DNA of 64,000 nucleotides from Thermoproteota archaeon. Lineage in GTDB: Archaea > Thermoproteota > EX4484-205 > JAAOZP01. The notes beneath the pieces were generated by a model. The model saw only the letters and a program-made list of their open reading frames with translations. It made no database searches and was not told the DNA's origin. Of the stretch, positions 11,350 to 20,688 are shown piece after piece. Position 1 is the stretch's first letter; each line of letters begins with the position of its first letter. A program made the position numbers and the translations under genes. The stretch covers positions 3,536 to 67,535 of the forward strand of contig JAWCDE010000003.1 in the NCBI GenBank assembly GCA_038861395.1, given 5' to 3'.

Positions 11350-11935
11350 TTATTCTATCTGAAACGCTCTCGCAGGATTGTTCTTAATAATCGTATTTAC
11401 GAGGTCTTGATTAAACCCCTGTTTTTGCATTAGTGGAAGGAAACTTTTTACAAGATACTCGTAGCCTCTAATAATTCCACCACGAGCCTGGCCTATAGAA
11501 TACCACCCAGAGTCTTGAGATAATAGCAATTGATTTTCAAAACCGTGTTCAACCATAGTTTTAATTAGCTTTAAAGTCTTATCGGCAGTTTCGCTGACCT
11601 ATACGATCATATTCTATCCATGCCCCTCTTCTAGCAGCATTTCAAACGGCATTTTAAATTTTCTTCAGAATCCACATGGACAAATATCAACCTACTACCC
11701 CTTCCCTTCTTCAAGAATATCAAGCACAAGCATTGCTGTCTTGCCGCTTTCCATGTGGCATGCTATGACAACCCCCGTGGAGAGGATGCGGCGAGCAGCA
11801 GCTTTTATTGTTTTCTCATAAACAGGTCTTATTTCTCCAGGCTCTACAGCAATTTTAACGTAACCTGCTTTAACCCATATAATCTAGCATCTACAACCTG
11901 CTGTATTTAAGGTGTTTATCATAATCATTTTAACA
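11350..11935 (-). pseudogene. decayed phosphotriesterase-like lactonase / PHP (PTE family) gene, N-terminal half missing, multiple frame breaks
   Basis: The C-terminal ORF reads ...LLLSQDSGWYSIGQARGGIIRGYEYLVKSFLPLMQKQGFNQDLVNTIIKNNPARAF (PTE C-terminal pattern). Upstream out-of-frame fragments read AGYVKIAVEPGEIRPVYEKTIKAAARRILSTGVVIACHMESGKTAMLVLDILEEGKG and LIFVHVD, matching the PTE central region. They are separated by stops and frame changes. Confidence 0.6.
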
Positions 11936-11936
11936 A

Positions 11937-14900
11937 CTAGAGGTTTTCCACGAATTTTCTTGCAGGAAACTCGTGTATATTGCCTTGAGGATCTATAGTC
12001 ACGATGTTCTTATCCAGTCGGATCGCGGCTAGCAGGAGTGCTGAGCTTAAGATTCCGTCATCAGAATCCAGGCAAACAGCATCAACAGACCTAATACTTT
12101 CACAAAGCTTATCGGCAAGTATACTTATATCTCCAAAGTCGAGTCTTCTAACTTCAATAGTCGGGGGCCATACCCCCTCAGACCTAAGTCTCCTACGAAG
12201 TACCTTTAACTTGTCTCCCAACTCCTTCCTTGAATACGCTACCAGAAGCTGGGGGCGATATTTTTTAATAATATTAAAAGCATTTTCCACGGATTCTCCG
12301 ATTGCCATAGCTAAACTAAACTTTAAGGCAGACCATTCCAAGACCAGTTTCCTAACGTGCGTCACAACTTCGTGAACATTTGTCTCAATCAAGGATGCGT
12401 ATACAGATTTTGGCGACGTATACACATACACTGCATAATCCTCAATATCTTTTCTTACTTCAATTGTAGTATGGGCGTTGAACGGCCTGTTCCCTCCCCT
12501 ACCATAATTGAAGCTTATAAGATATGATATGTTACCGTTTTCATCAATTTTCTCTTCACGTTTAACCTCTGATATCACAAGCTCTATTGCAGTACTGCTT
12601 TGGGGAAGTCTTTCGTAAAGATAATTGATGAACATTTCAACTTTCTCCAAAGGAATCCTAAGAGGAACTCGTACTTTCCAAGTTTCTCCGCGGACGGCTT
12701 TTTCTTCAATCTTCCATTTTCTTAAAAGAGATGGCGTTGTTATTCTTGCAGCCTTTAGAGCAGGAGGTACTGAAGCAAATATGGCGGTCAATGACGCGAT
12801 TGTTATTAGGGAAAGCATGTCGATAGGAGAAGTCTTTACGTTAACGGGGAGAACGATATTCAGAATATCCAGTAATCTGAACATGATCATGCTCAATATG
12901 TAGCCGATTCCGCCCCCTATGAAGCCTAATACGCCTGCTTCAACAATGAAAAGACTGGAGATGTGGGTAGGGTTCAAACCGACTGATGAGAACACGAATA
13001 TTTCGTTTCTCCTCTCGTAAATCAGAGTATAGAACATTATTGCGATGTTCAATACCGTTATTGTTATTGGAAAGACTATTAGGGTGCCAAAGATTTCTAC
13101 GTAGCCTCCTCTAAAGTAATATGTCAAGCTTTCGGAACTGGGCAGGGTTGCTACAAAGTAGCCTCCCAAGGACGCTAAGCGTTTAGAAGCCTCTCTTGCT
13201 TGCATATTATTGTTAAACAGACAGTAGACTGCAGAAATACTCCCACCAAGTTTTTTAGAAGTTTGCACGTTCGCAATCAGAAGGTTGTTTCCTGGAACTG
13301 GTTGAGCCCCCGATTGCGAGCCGGGGGGAACATAGAAAGGCGAGAACTCGCTGCCATCAGGTTCCTTTATTTCCCTAATCAAATCACCATCAAATATGCC
13401 TACTACTGCTAGTCTTAACCCTTTGAAATATATTACATTGCCAACTTCTATCCCCAGGCTTTTTGCTAAATGCTTGCTTACAAGCACAGTATTGCTACTG
13501 TTGAAAAGCCTATCCATCGAGTTCTCTGGGTATGTAATGCCTTTAATAAAATGAAAAGAGGGATCGCCCACCGATATGCTCCTAATACCGTATATAGGCA
13601 CTCCATCTACGTAGTCTATGGCACCATATGCTATTGGGCTCACCACCTTGTAATCTAGTGACAATATCTCTTTCTGCGACCCTATGAAAATTAAATCCTC
13701 AGAAGTGAGAAACTCTGACGGCCTACTTACAATAGACATGGGCGGTTTATCCGATGGACATGTTTTCGCAACCGTAAGCGTATTTGTCGCGAGAGATGCT
13801 CTCATTGAGGTTAATGTCGACATTGCAATAGCCATCGTTATTATGGAAATCAGTGTTAACAAGGTTCTAAGCCTTCTTCTCTTTAGATTTCCGATAGAGT
13901 ATGATATCGCAATTGTTAATGCAGGTATTAATGAAACGCCTTTCTCACTCTTTACTTCTCCAAGGAAATAGGGCACTAGGAAAACCGCGAGTATTATGAA
14001 CATCGCTAAATATACTCCAATCATGAGTTCTTGAATGGGGGTCTTCGAAAAACCTGGAAAAGTATGGTAGGATGTGGTCATAAGTATTAAGAAACTGATT
14101 ATTGTAAACGTTGCGTATTGCTCTTTTTTCTCAATAAATATTGCGCCAATTGCTAAGGATAAAGCTACGACTATTGTGAAAACGAGAATCGCATTAGTAT
14201 AGGCTTCTCTCAAAATCCTTTGAATACTTCTGGTTACTTCCTCTCCGGTTACAATAGCTTCTTGTTGATAAGACAATATCTTAAGAGGGTTTGAAGAATT
14301 CAGGGCTTCCGCTCCTAAGGTAATTATCTGATTCAGCCTATAGGCTTCTAAGCCTATGTAAAACCCTAGGCTTCTTGCTTCTTCCACCATCTTCATAGCC
14401 AATTCTATAGTCTTGTTAACAAAAGGCTGGTTTGATCTAGCTTGGGTAAGAGCTGGCTGATCCAGATTGGTTTCACTATTTCTATACAGTTTAACCGGTT
14501 GTTCAACACTACCTATCTCAACCACATTTCTCTTACCCTCTATAGACGTGGAAACCAATAGATGTAACGGGGTATCAGCTGGAACCACTACAATATTTCC
14601 AGTGATGTTTAAAAGATTAAGAAGCGATAGGTTTTCTGAAGAATATTCGAGTATTAACCGTTCCTGAGTTTTATTAAGCATAAGGATTCTTGTCTCTTGA
14701 AGAGGTATTTTCAACGTAGAAATAGAAGGAACGGCTGCTAGAACTCTTGCAACGGCACCGGGACATAGTGTAATCGTAATGTTTCTCTTCTCTCCTAAGG
14801 ATAGTCTTCCTACGGAAATCTTTTGAGGAACATACATTTCTCTCTTGTTTAAGGACGGGCCCACTATTGTTATTTCAGCATTAGACGGTACTCCTACGAT

Positions 14901-17294
14901 TGTTTCATCTAACGCTTTAATGAAAAAATAACTCTCGTTTACAAATATTAGGAAAAACTGAGGTTCCCTAGGCTTCGGATTTAACGATATTCTTAATATG
15001 GAGGCAGGTTTAACGATGAACTGCTTAGAATTATTATCTATCATCCTCCCATCAATAAAATCTAACCTTGTTGAAACCTCAAGCACATGCTCAGTATCCG
15101 TGTAATAAGGTGCTTCAAAAACATATTTTTCGACAAGAATAGCACCGGAGGATAGAGACGGTAATTTTAATTCTACTTTTCTTTCATATAAAATCTTATT
15201 GAAGGTTAAATCCTTTATAGTCCAGTTCAGAACAACACTCAAAGGATCTTCAAAAGCGTCGTTTACGACCCAAAGACTAACCCTTACCGTAGCCCCAGGG
15301 TTAAAACATAAAGATGTAAGATTACTGTAGTAGTCGCCATCTACAAATATTATAACATGCACAGGATTGAACGCATTCTTTATCTCATTATACGTATTCT
15401 TTCTGACCCCGTAGTAATCTATTATCGAGCCACTAGCCTGAGGAAAGTAGTCTGTGAGCGGGAAGATGCTCACTCCCATCGAATAATTATTCTTAAGCAT
15501 CCTAGCCCTATCTATCGAGTGTCTTAAAACAACCGATTGATATTTTTGACTGAGATCTACCAGGCTAAATAAGTCATCAGGCCCTGTTAAACTAGTTGGA
15601 ATAGCTCCGTTGAAACCCTTGTCCTTAAAAGTTTGAGCAACTTGCCAAAGATACGATATTGTCGCATTACTCCAGAAAGGCGAGTTTAAACTGGGGAGTC
15701 CAATTGGACTAATTATATTCGGGAAGGTGCTTCTATACGAGATATAGCCTGTCCAACTGCCAGTACCCCAGCCGTAGTCAAGATACTCATCATAATCTCC
15801 AGAATAGGGTAGGACTATGATGTTCCTATTCAGGTCTTTAGCCAGAGTGCTCAGCTCATAATCTAAGTAAAGGTTGACCCCGTAGCCATAATACGGCGAT
15901 TTCTCGTTAAGCCAACCGGGTAAAGTATGGGGGCAGATAATTACTATCGAAGGATAATTGTATGTTAGCAATATCATTTCAATAAGCTGCTTCTTGACAG
16001 AGTCGGAGTATTTTTTAAAGCGGTCTAGAGCAGGGTAAGACCCTATCAGTGGAAAATCCAATTGAACAAGTAAGCCTTCTACGGATGTCGATTCATAAAA
16101 CTCTTTGGGCTCAACATGTGCGAAAGACCTTAAGAAGTTGACATTCGCATCCTTTAGAAGTCTTACAGTTTCAAACGTTTTCCGAGTTTCTAGCATCGGG
16201 CCGATTCTGGAAAAATATGCTCCTCCTCTTAGAAAAATGCTAGCGCCGTTAACTTTAATATACGACTTTTCCCTTGAAAAACCTCCTTCTAAAAATCTTA
16301 TTCCAAAAATGGTTTTGATAGAACCGGCGTACTGGTTATTTTGATATAGGCTAATATTGGCAAGATAAACAGCAGGGTCTCCAACATCCCATGGGAACCA
16401 GTAGGCGGGATCAGGTATTGAGGCCTCTAGCGTCCTCCATCCTGTTTCCTTCGGAGAAAGCCTTATTCTAAAGGATTGTTCTATTTCCGGTATACTGCTT
16501 GAGTTCAACCTCTTTATCCTCAGCCTTATGTTCAGATTTTCTTCAAAATCTTCTTTATTTTGAACCAAGATTCTGAACTTAACTAAAGCTGGATTTGAAT
16601 ACTTTTCCACATCAACTAGAACAAGATTTACGACAGGGCCCGTGGTTCCAACAAGCACGATATCTCTCCACACTCCGGTGAAAGCATCACGCATGTTTGG
16701 AAACACTTCTGAGAAAGAGTATGCCCCCGCTGGATATATTCTGGATTCGAAGGAACCTTGAATGGGAGATTCTATATGCATTGTTAAAACATTGTTTCCC
16801 TCCCTGTTGATAGCGTCATCCACATCGAAGAAAAAGGGGGAGAAGTAACTTGCGTGCTCTCCCAAATATATCCCATTAAGCCATACTTTTACAATACCCC
16901 AAACCCCGGAGAAAACGATCCTCAGCTTTTGACTCTTCATTCCAATAGGCACTTTAAACGATGTTCTAATCCATATGGAATTGTTTAAACTCGTTGCTTT
17001 AAGTAAGAAAGGTACGTTAATTTTACTCCATGAACTATCGTTGAAAAGAGTGCTATAATAAATGTTAATGTTTCCATTTTTAAAGGAGTCAACCTTGTAT
17101 CTGAATTCTCCGACAAGCCTTTCTCTAGAAAAATAGAAGTAATCAAAAGGTGAAAAATGTTGAGCAACTTCGTTCAAAAAGTTTTCATAAGGTTCTTTAG
17201 AGAAGGTTCTTAAAGCAGGCATGACCAAGGCGGCCAGTAAAATCGATATTGAAACTAGGGTTAGTGGAATTTCAATGCTTCTCTTCAACACCAT
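11937..17294 (-). CDS. giant membrane protein: N-terminal signal anchor, GH2-like (beta-mannosidase/galactosidase-like) ectodomain, FtsX/MacB-type permease TM module, C-terminal cytoplasmic domain of unknown function
   Basis: WIRTSFKVP...LRIVFSGVWGIVKVWLNGIYLGEHASYFSPFFFDVDDAINREGNNVLTMHIE matches the GH2 N-terminal sugar-binding domain. VNFLRSFAHVEPKEFYESTSVEGLLVQLDFPL matches the start of the GH2 TIM barrel. Later, LRTLLTLISIITMAIAMSTLTSMRASL and NEIFVFSSVGLNPTHISSLFIVEAGVLGFIGGGIGYILSMIMFRLL are FtsX-domain signatures. The final ~400 aa have no Walker motifs. Confidence 0.65.
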   Translation of the reverse strand: MVLKRSIEIPLTLVSISILLAALVMPALRTFSKEPYENFLNEVAQHFSPFDYFYFSRERLVGEFRYKVDSFKNGNINIYYSTLFNDSSWSKINVPFLLKATSLNNSIWIRTSFKVPIGMKSQKLRIVFSGVWGIVKVWLNGIYLGEHASYFSPFFFDVDDAINREGNNVLTMHIESPIQGSFESRIYPAGAYSFSEVFPNMRDAFTGVWRDIVLVGTTGPVVNLVLVDVEKYSNPALVKFRILVQNKEDFEENLNIRLRIKRLNSSSIPEIEQSFRIRLSPKETGWRTLEASIPDPAYWFPWDVGDPAVYLANISLYQNNQYAGSIKTIFGIRFLEGGFSREKSYIKVNGASIFLRGGAYFSRIGPMLETRKTFETVRLLKDANVNFLRSFAHVEPKEFYESTSVEGLLVQLDFPLIGSYPALDRFKKYSDSVKKQLIEMILLTYNYPSIVIICPHTLPGWLNEKSPYYGYGVNLYLDYELSTLAKDLNRNIIVLPYSGDYDEYLDYGWGTGSWTGYISYRSTFPNIISPIGLPSLNSPFWSNATISYLWQVAQTFKDKGFNGAIPTSLTGPDDLFSLVDLSQKYQSVVLRHSIDRARMLKNNYSMGVSIFPLTDYFPQASGSIIDYYGVRKNTYNEIKNAFNPVHVIIFVDGDYYSNLTSLCFNPGATVRVSLWVVNDAFEDPLSVVLNWTIKDLTFNKILYERKVELKLPSLSSGAILVEKYVFEAPYYTDTEHVLEVSTRLDFIDGRMIDNNSKQFIVKPASILRISLNPKPREPQFFLIFVNESYFFIKALDETIVGVPSNAEITIVGPSLNKREMYVPQKISVGRLSLGEKRNITITLCPGAVARVLAAVPSISTLKIPLQETRILMLNKTQERLILEYSSENLSLLNLLNITGNIVVVPADTPLHLLVSTSIEGKRNVVEIGSVEQPVKLYRNSETNLDQPALTQARSNQPFVNKTIELAMKMVEEARSLGFYIGLEAYRLNQIITLGAEALNSSNPLKILSYQQEAIVTGEEVTRSIQRILREAYTNAILVFTIVVALSLAIGAIFIEKKEQYATFTIISFLILMTTSYHTFPGFSKTPIQELMIGVYLAMFIILAVFLVPYFLGEVKSEKGVSLIPALTIAISYSIGNLKRRRLRTLLTLISIITMAIAMSTLTSMRASLATNTLTVAKTCPSDKPPMSIVSRPSEFLTSEDLIFIGSQKEILSLDYKVVSPIAYGAIDYVDGVPIYGIRSISVGDPSFHFIKGITYPENSMDRLFNSSNTVLVSKHLAKSLGIEVGNVIYFKGLRLAVVGIFDGDLIREIKEPDGSEFSPFYVPPGSQSGAQPVPGNNLLIANVQTSKKLGGSISAVYCLFNNNMQAREASKRLASLGGYFVATLPSSESLTYYFRGGYVEIFGTLIVFPITITVLNIAIMFYTLIYERRNEIFVFSSVGLNPTHISSLFIVEAGVLGFIGGGIGYILSMIMFRLLDILNIVLPVNVKTSPIDMLSLITIASLTAIFASVPPALKAARITTPSLLRKWKIEEKAVRGETWKVRVPLRIPLEKVEMFINYLYERLPQSSTAIELVISEVKREEKIDENGNISYLISFNYGRGGNRPFNAHTTIEVRKDIEDYAVYVYTSPKSVYASLIETNVHEVVTHVRKLVLEWSALKFSLAMAIGESVENAFNIIKKYRPQLLVAYSRKELGDKLKVLRRRLRSEGVWPPTIEVRRLDFGDISILADKLCESIRSVDAVCLDSDDGILSSALLLAAIRLDKNIVTIDPQGNIHEFPARKFVENL

Positions 17295-17397
17295 GCTTTA
17301 ATCCGATTAGGGAATGTGCGCATATAAGTTTTGTTGAACTCCACTAACGATCAAAACAACATTTATAAAAAACAGCCATTCTCCCTAGAGAAGAAGA

Positions 17398-19746
17398 ATG
17401 GTTGAAAAGCTGCCTAGAATAATTGGAAAAGTAATGAAGGACAATTTTCATTTCCTCTCTTTGATAATTCTACTTATTTACACATTTTTATCTATAAAAA
17501 CCATATTCCTGGAAGGCATGATTCCTGGTGGCGATAATCCCGTACATTATGTTCATTCCTATCTTACAGCAGTATACATGCTTCCAAAACTAGATATTTT
17601 AGGTTGGGATCCGTTTAATCAATTCGGCTGGGTTTTCAACCAGTATTACAACCCCGGCATGAATATTTTCGTTTCCTTCGTATACTACTTGTTCTTAGGA
17701 TTATTAGATTTTCAGGCGGCATATAAAATTGCTTTTTTCCTCACCTATTTTCTGATGGCTCCTGCAGTCTTTATATTCGTATACGCTTTGACAAGTGACA
17801 AAATTGCTACCGTAATCGCTTCCCTCCTTTCCATCACTACATTTGTAGAAGAGAAAGAATGGCTTGATGCAGGATTGAAGCAGATGTATTACATAGGCAT
17901 GGTGCCAGAGAGGCTTGGTTTAATTTTTGCATTCTTCAGCATAGCTTTGCTGATTTACAATTTTAAGTCAAGGTCTTTAAGAGAAACACTGTTCCTAACA
18001 GGAGTTTGCTCTTTATTCTTTTCAATAACAGTATTAACTCATGTAATGATGGGGGTTTTCGCAGCATGTGTAGCAATTCTCATCTGTTTTTTCACTTCAA
18101 TCGAGCTAGTGTTAAGTACTTTCAAAGATTCCGGAAAACAAAGTCTTAAACCCATCCTAAAGAAGGGAGGGTTCCACTTCTTAAAACTTGCTTCAGTAGG
18201 CATGCTTTCCCTAGGGATGACTCTTTTCTGGATAATCCCGTTGTTTCAGACTTTAGATAAATATCACAGTTTCCCAGCGATTACATGGGCATGGGGACCA
18301 TCTGTTCTTCAAGAGATCTTTACTAGCATGCCTTGGTACTTATTAATATTCTACAGTATTGGTGCATTCTCGCCAGTTCTAGCAGAAGAAAAACCCTCCT
18401 TCTCATCCTTAGCCTCATGTAGTACCATACTCATATTACAATTCGTCAGCTTGGTTAATCTTTATGATGGCAATGTTGGGCTGAGACTCATCCTTGCCTT
18501 TATTACGTCGCTAGTGCTTTTCCTCTCGTCTAAAAACTATTCCATATCCTTTTTACTGGCTTCAATATCTATTTTCAGCTTTCTTGCAACAGGCCCAGAA
18601 ACTTATCTTGTATATTTCGGTCCAGTGAAATTAGACCTTCTCAGTATAATTCCCTTTGCTAGAAACTTCGGCTATTCCAAGTTCAGCGCCCCAAGTAGAA
18701 TGCTGATACTTTGTCTATCAGCAATTGGTTTCTCAAGCCTCTCTAGGAAACTATATTCATTATCCGGTAGAATGAAAAAGTTTTCAACGATTCCAATGGT
18801 GTTAGCAGGATTATTAGCTTTCCTAATAATAAACGCTTCCATAACTGCTCAAGCGCAGACTACTGACTTCTACTACCCTTGGTCTAGAGAAAAGGTGTTT
18901 AAGCTGACTTCAGACCACGCGGGCTTCAGCAAGATAAATGCACTTATCAGCTGGGTTAAGAATAACGTACCAGAAAATACTTACACACTGCTTCAAGACA
19001 CGTTGGATTTTGATAAGAATGGGATCCTAGAGAACTCCCACTATGTTTATACGGCATCCCTAATGCTTAAGCCTGTTGTAGGAGGGTGTTTCGGAACCAA
19101 TTATATAACTAATCCATACGCTAATTCTGAAGGCGACTACCTTTTGGGTTTTAAGAAAGATGAATTGTTAAAGGATAGAAGCATCATTCCAAGGCTTATG
19201 GATGAGCTTGGAATAGGGTATATTGCACTACACGACCCCTTATTAATTAACGCTTTAAACTCTTCCAGTGATTTTAGACTTGAATACTACGATGGATTAT
19301 ATGCAGTTTTCAGTAAAAACCCGCTTTCAAAAATAGTTTCTATCGAAGGCGAGGGTACAGTAGAATCTGTTAATTTCACAATAAGCAGGATCGAAGTAAT
19401 CGTATCCGGTGTCTCTGGCAACGAATCCAGCCTGATAATCAGACAAGTAAACTTTCCGGGTTTCACAGCGATTGTTAATAATGAAACTATTCAATTAGAC
19501 ACGTATTACCCTAATATACCTAGTGTGATAGTCAGTTGGCAGGATTATGTTCCAACAGTATACAATTTGAGAATCCCATTCATTAAAATTAGGCTTCCAC
19601 CAGGCTCTAATAAAGTGATACTGGTCTTTAAAATCCAAACTATAGGAAGCACTGTCTCTCAAGTTGCTTGGCTAATATTCTTACTATTAATAATTCTAGG
19701 CACAGTTATGGAAATTATACAGCGGTTTAAGAAGAAATGGAATTAA
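17398..19746 (+). CDS. polytopic membrane protein (>=13 TM) with C-terminal extracytoplasmic domain; GT-C-fold glycosyltransferase-like architecture
   Basis: 782 aa with many hydrophobic helices, then a ~280-aa soluble domain and a final TM (VAWLIFLLLIILGTVMEII). Its stop overlaps the start of the UbiA-family gene. Function is inferred from architecture only. Confidence 0.45.
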   Translation: MVEKLPRIIGKVMKDNFHFLSLIILLIYTFLSIKTIFLEGMIPGGDNPVHYVHSYLTAVYMLPKLDILGWDPFNQFGWVFNQYYNPGMNIFVSFVYYLFLGLLDFQAAYKIAFFLTYFLMAPAVFIFVYALTSDKIATVIASLLSITTFVEEKEWLDAGLKQMYYIGMVPERLGLIFAFFSIALLIYNFKSRSLRETLFLTGVCSLFFSITVLTHVMMGVFAACVAILICFFTSIELVLSTFKDSGKQSLKPILKKGGFHFLKLASVGMLSLGMTLFWIIPLFQTLDKYHSFPAITWAWGPSVLQEIFTSMPWYLLIFYSIGAFSPVLAEEKPSFSSLASCSTILILQFVSLVNLYDGNVGLRLILAFITSLVLFLSSKNYSISFLLASISIFSFLATGPETYLVYFGPVKLDLLSIIPFARNFGYSKFSAPSRMLILCLSAIGFSSLSRKLYSLSGRMKKFSTIPMVLAGLLAFLIINASITAQAQTTDFYYPWSREKVFKLTSDHAGFSKINALISWVKNNVPENTYTLLQDTLDFDKNGILENSHYVYTASLMLKPVVGGCFGTNYITNPYANSEGDYLLGFKKDELLKDRSIIPRLMDELGIGYIALHDPLLINALNSSSDFRLEYYDGLYAVFSKNPLSKIVSIEGEGTVESVNFTISRIEVIVSGVSGNESSLIIRQVNFPGFTAIVNNETIQLDTYYPNIPSVIVSWQDYVPTVYNLRIPFIKIRLPPGSNKVILVFKIQTIGSTVSQVAWLIFLLLIILGTVMEIIQRFKKKWN

Positions 19747-20603
19747 AATATTACTTAATAGAGCTTAGAGTTCAAGAATCATATAAAAACCTGCTAATAC
19801 TTTTAGCACCATTCTTCAGTAAGAAGCTTCTAGATCTTAATTACTATCAAAACCTCCTGCTGGGTTTTGCAGCACTCTTCTTAAACTCCAGCGCCTGTTA
19901 CATATTTAACGATATTAAAGATGCAGGCTTTGATGCCTTCCATCCTCGAAAGAAGAATCGGCCTATTGCAAGCGGCAAGATAAGGAAGTCTTCAGCATTA
20001 TTATTCTCTGTAATGCTTTTAGTATTTTCGTTATTAATCTCCTACTGGATAGGGACCAGTTTCTTGTTACTCTGCCTACTGTTATTTCTGAACTCGGCTG
20101 CATATTCTTTTCTCTTGAGAAACATAGTCTGGCTTGACCTTATCAGCATATCTTTAAACTATGTTTTCAGAACTTTAGCAGGATGCTATTTGGTCGATGT
20201 AGTTCTCTCACCTTGGTTATTAATGGGAGTTTTCTATATTTCTATGCTTCTTGCATTAGTTAAGAGAAGAGAGGAAATAATTATTCTAGACAGACCTGAG
20301 CTTCATCGGAAAACTCTTAAACACTACTCTATAAGCATCATAGATCAAGCTATCACAATACTCTCGACGCTCATATTAATATCCTACTCACTTTATACTC
20401 TTCACTCCCCATACTCTAATAATCTTTTACCATTCACGATTCCACTCGTAACTTTAATAATCCTAAAGTTTATATTTGTTTTGAAGAGCAGTAGAGGAAA
20501 TAATATGATTATAAGGAAGGTATTAACTGACAACATCATAGCAATAAGCTTATTTACATGGCTTGTTGTAACGACTTATTTAATATACTTCAACCAATGT
20601 TAA
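19737..20603 (+). CDS. UbiA-family prenyl-phosphate phosphoribosyltransferase-like protein (decaprenyl-phosphate phosphoribosyltransferase / DPPR synthase subgroup)
   Basis: YIFNDIKDAGFDAFHPRKKNRPIASGKI contains the ND-x2-D-x3-D plus HP-x-K-x2-RPIAsG pattern of DPPR synthases. The protein is 288 aa with about 8 TM helices and a KRREE segment after TM5, as in Rv3806c-type enzymes. Confidence 0.6.
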   Translation: MELKYYLIELRVQESYKNLLILLAPFFSKKLLDLNYYQNLLLGFAALFLNSSACYIFNDIKDAGFDAFHPRKKNRPIASGKIRKSSALLFSVMLLVFSLLISYWIGTSFLLLCLLLFLNSAAYSFLLRNIVWLDLISISLNYVFRTLAGCYLVDVVLSPWLLMGVFYISMLLALVKRREEIIILDRPELHRKTLKHYSISIIDQAITILSTLILISYSLYTLHSPYSNNLLPFTIPLVTLIILKFIFVLKSSRGNNMIIRKVLTDNIIAISLFTWLVVTTYLIYFNQC

Positions 20604-20688
20604 GAAAGTATCCGGTACAGATCCTTATTTTTATATTCTAGAATAAATCAATTAAAGAATAAAAGAATAAAAAAATAGAAAAAGGGTG

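Noticed and set aside
12004-12375. Plus-strand ORFs inside large minus-strand genes (also 10566-11087, 21004-21486, 38480-38968, 35306-35698, 55700-56038)
   Set aside because: They are nested antisense to well-supported genes with clear motifs. They have no motifs of their own and show atypical composition.
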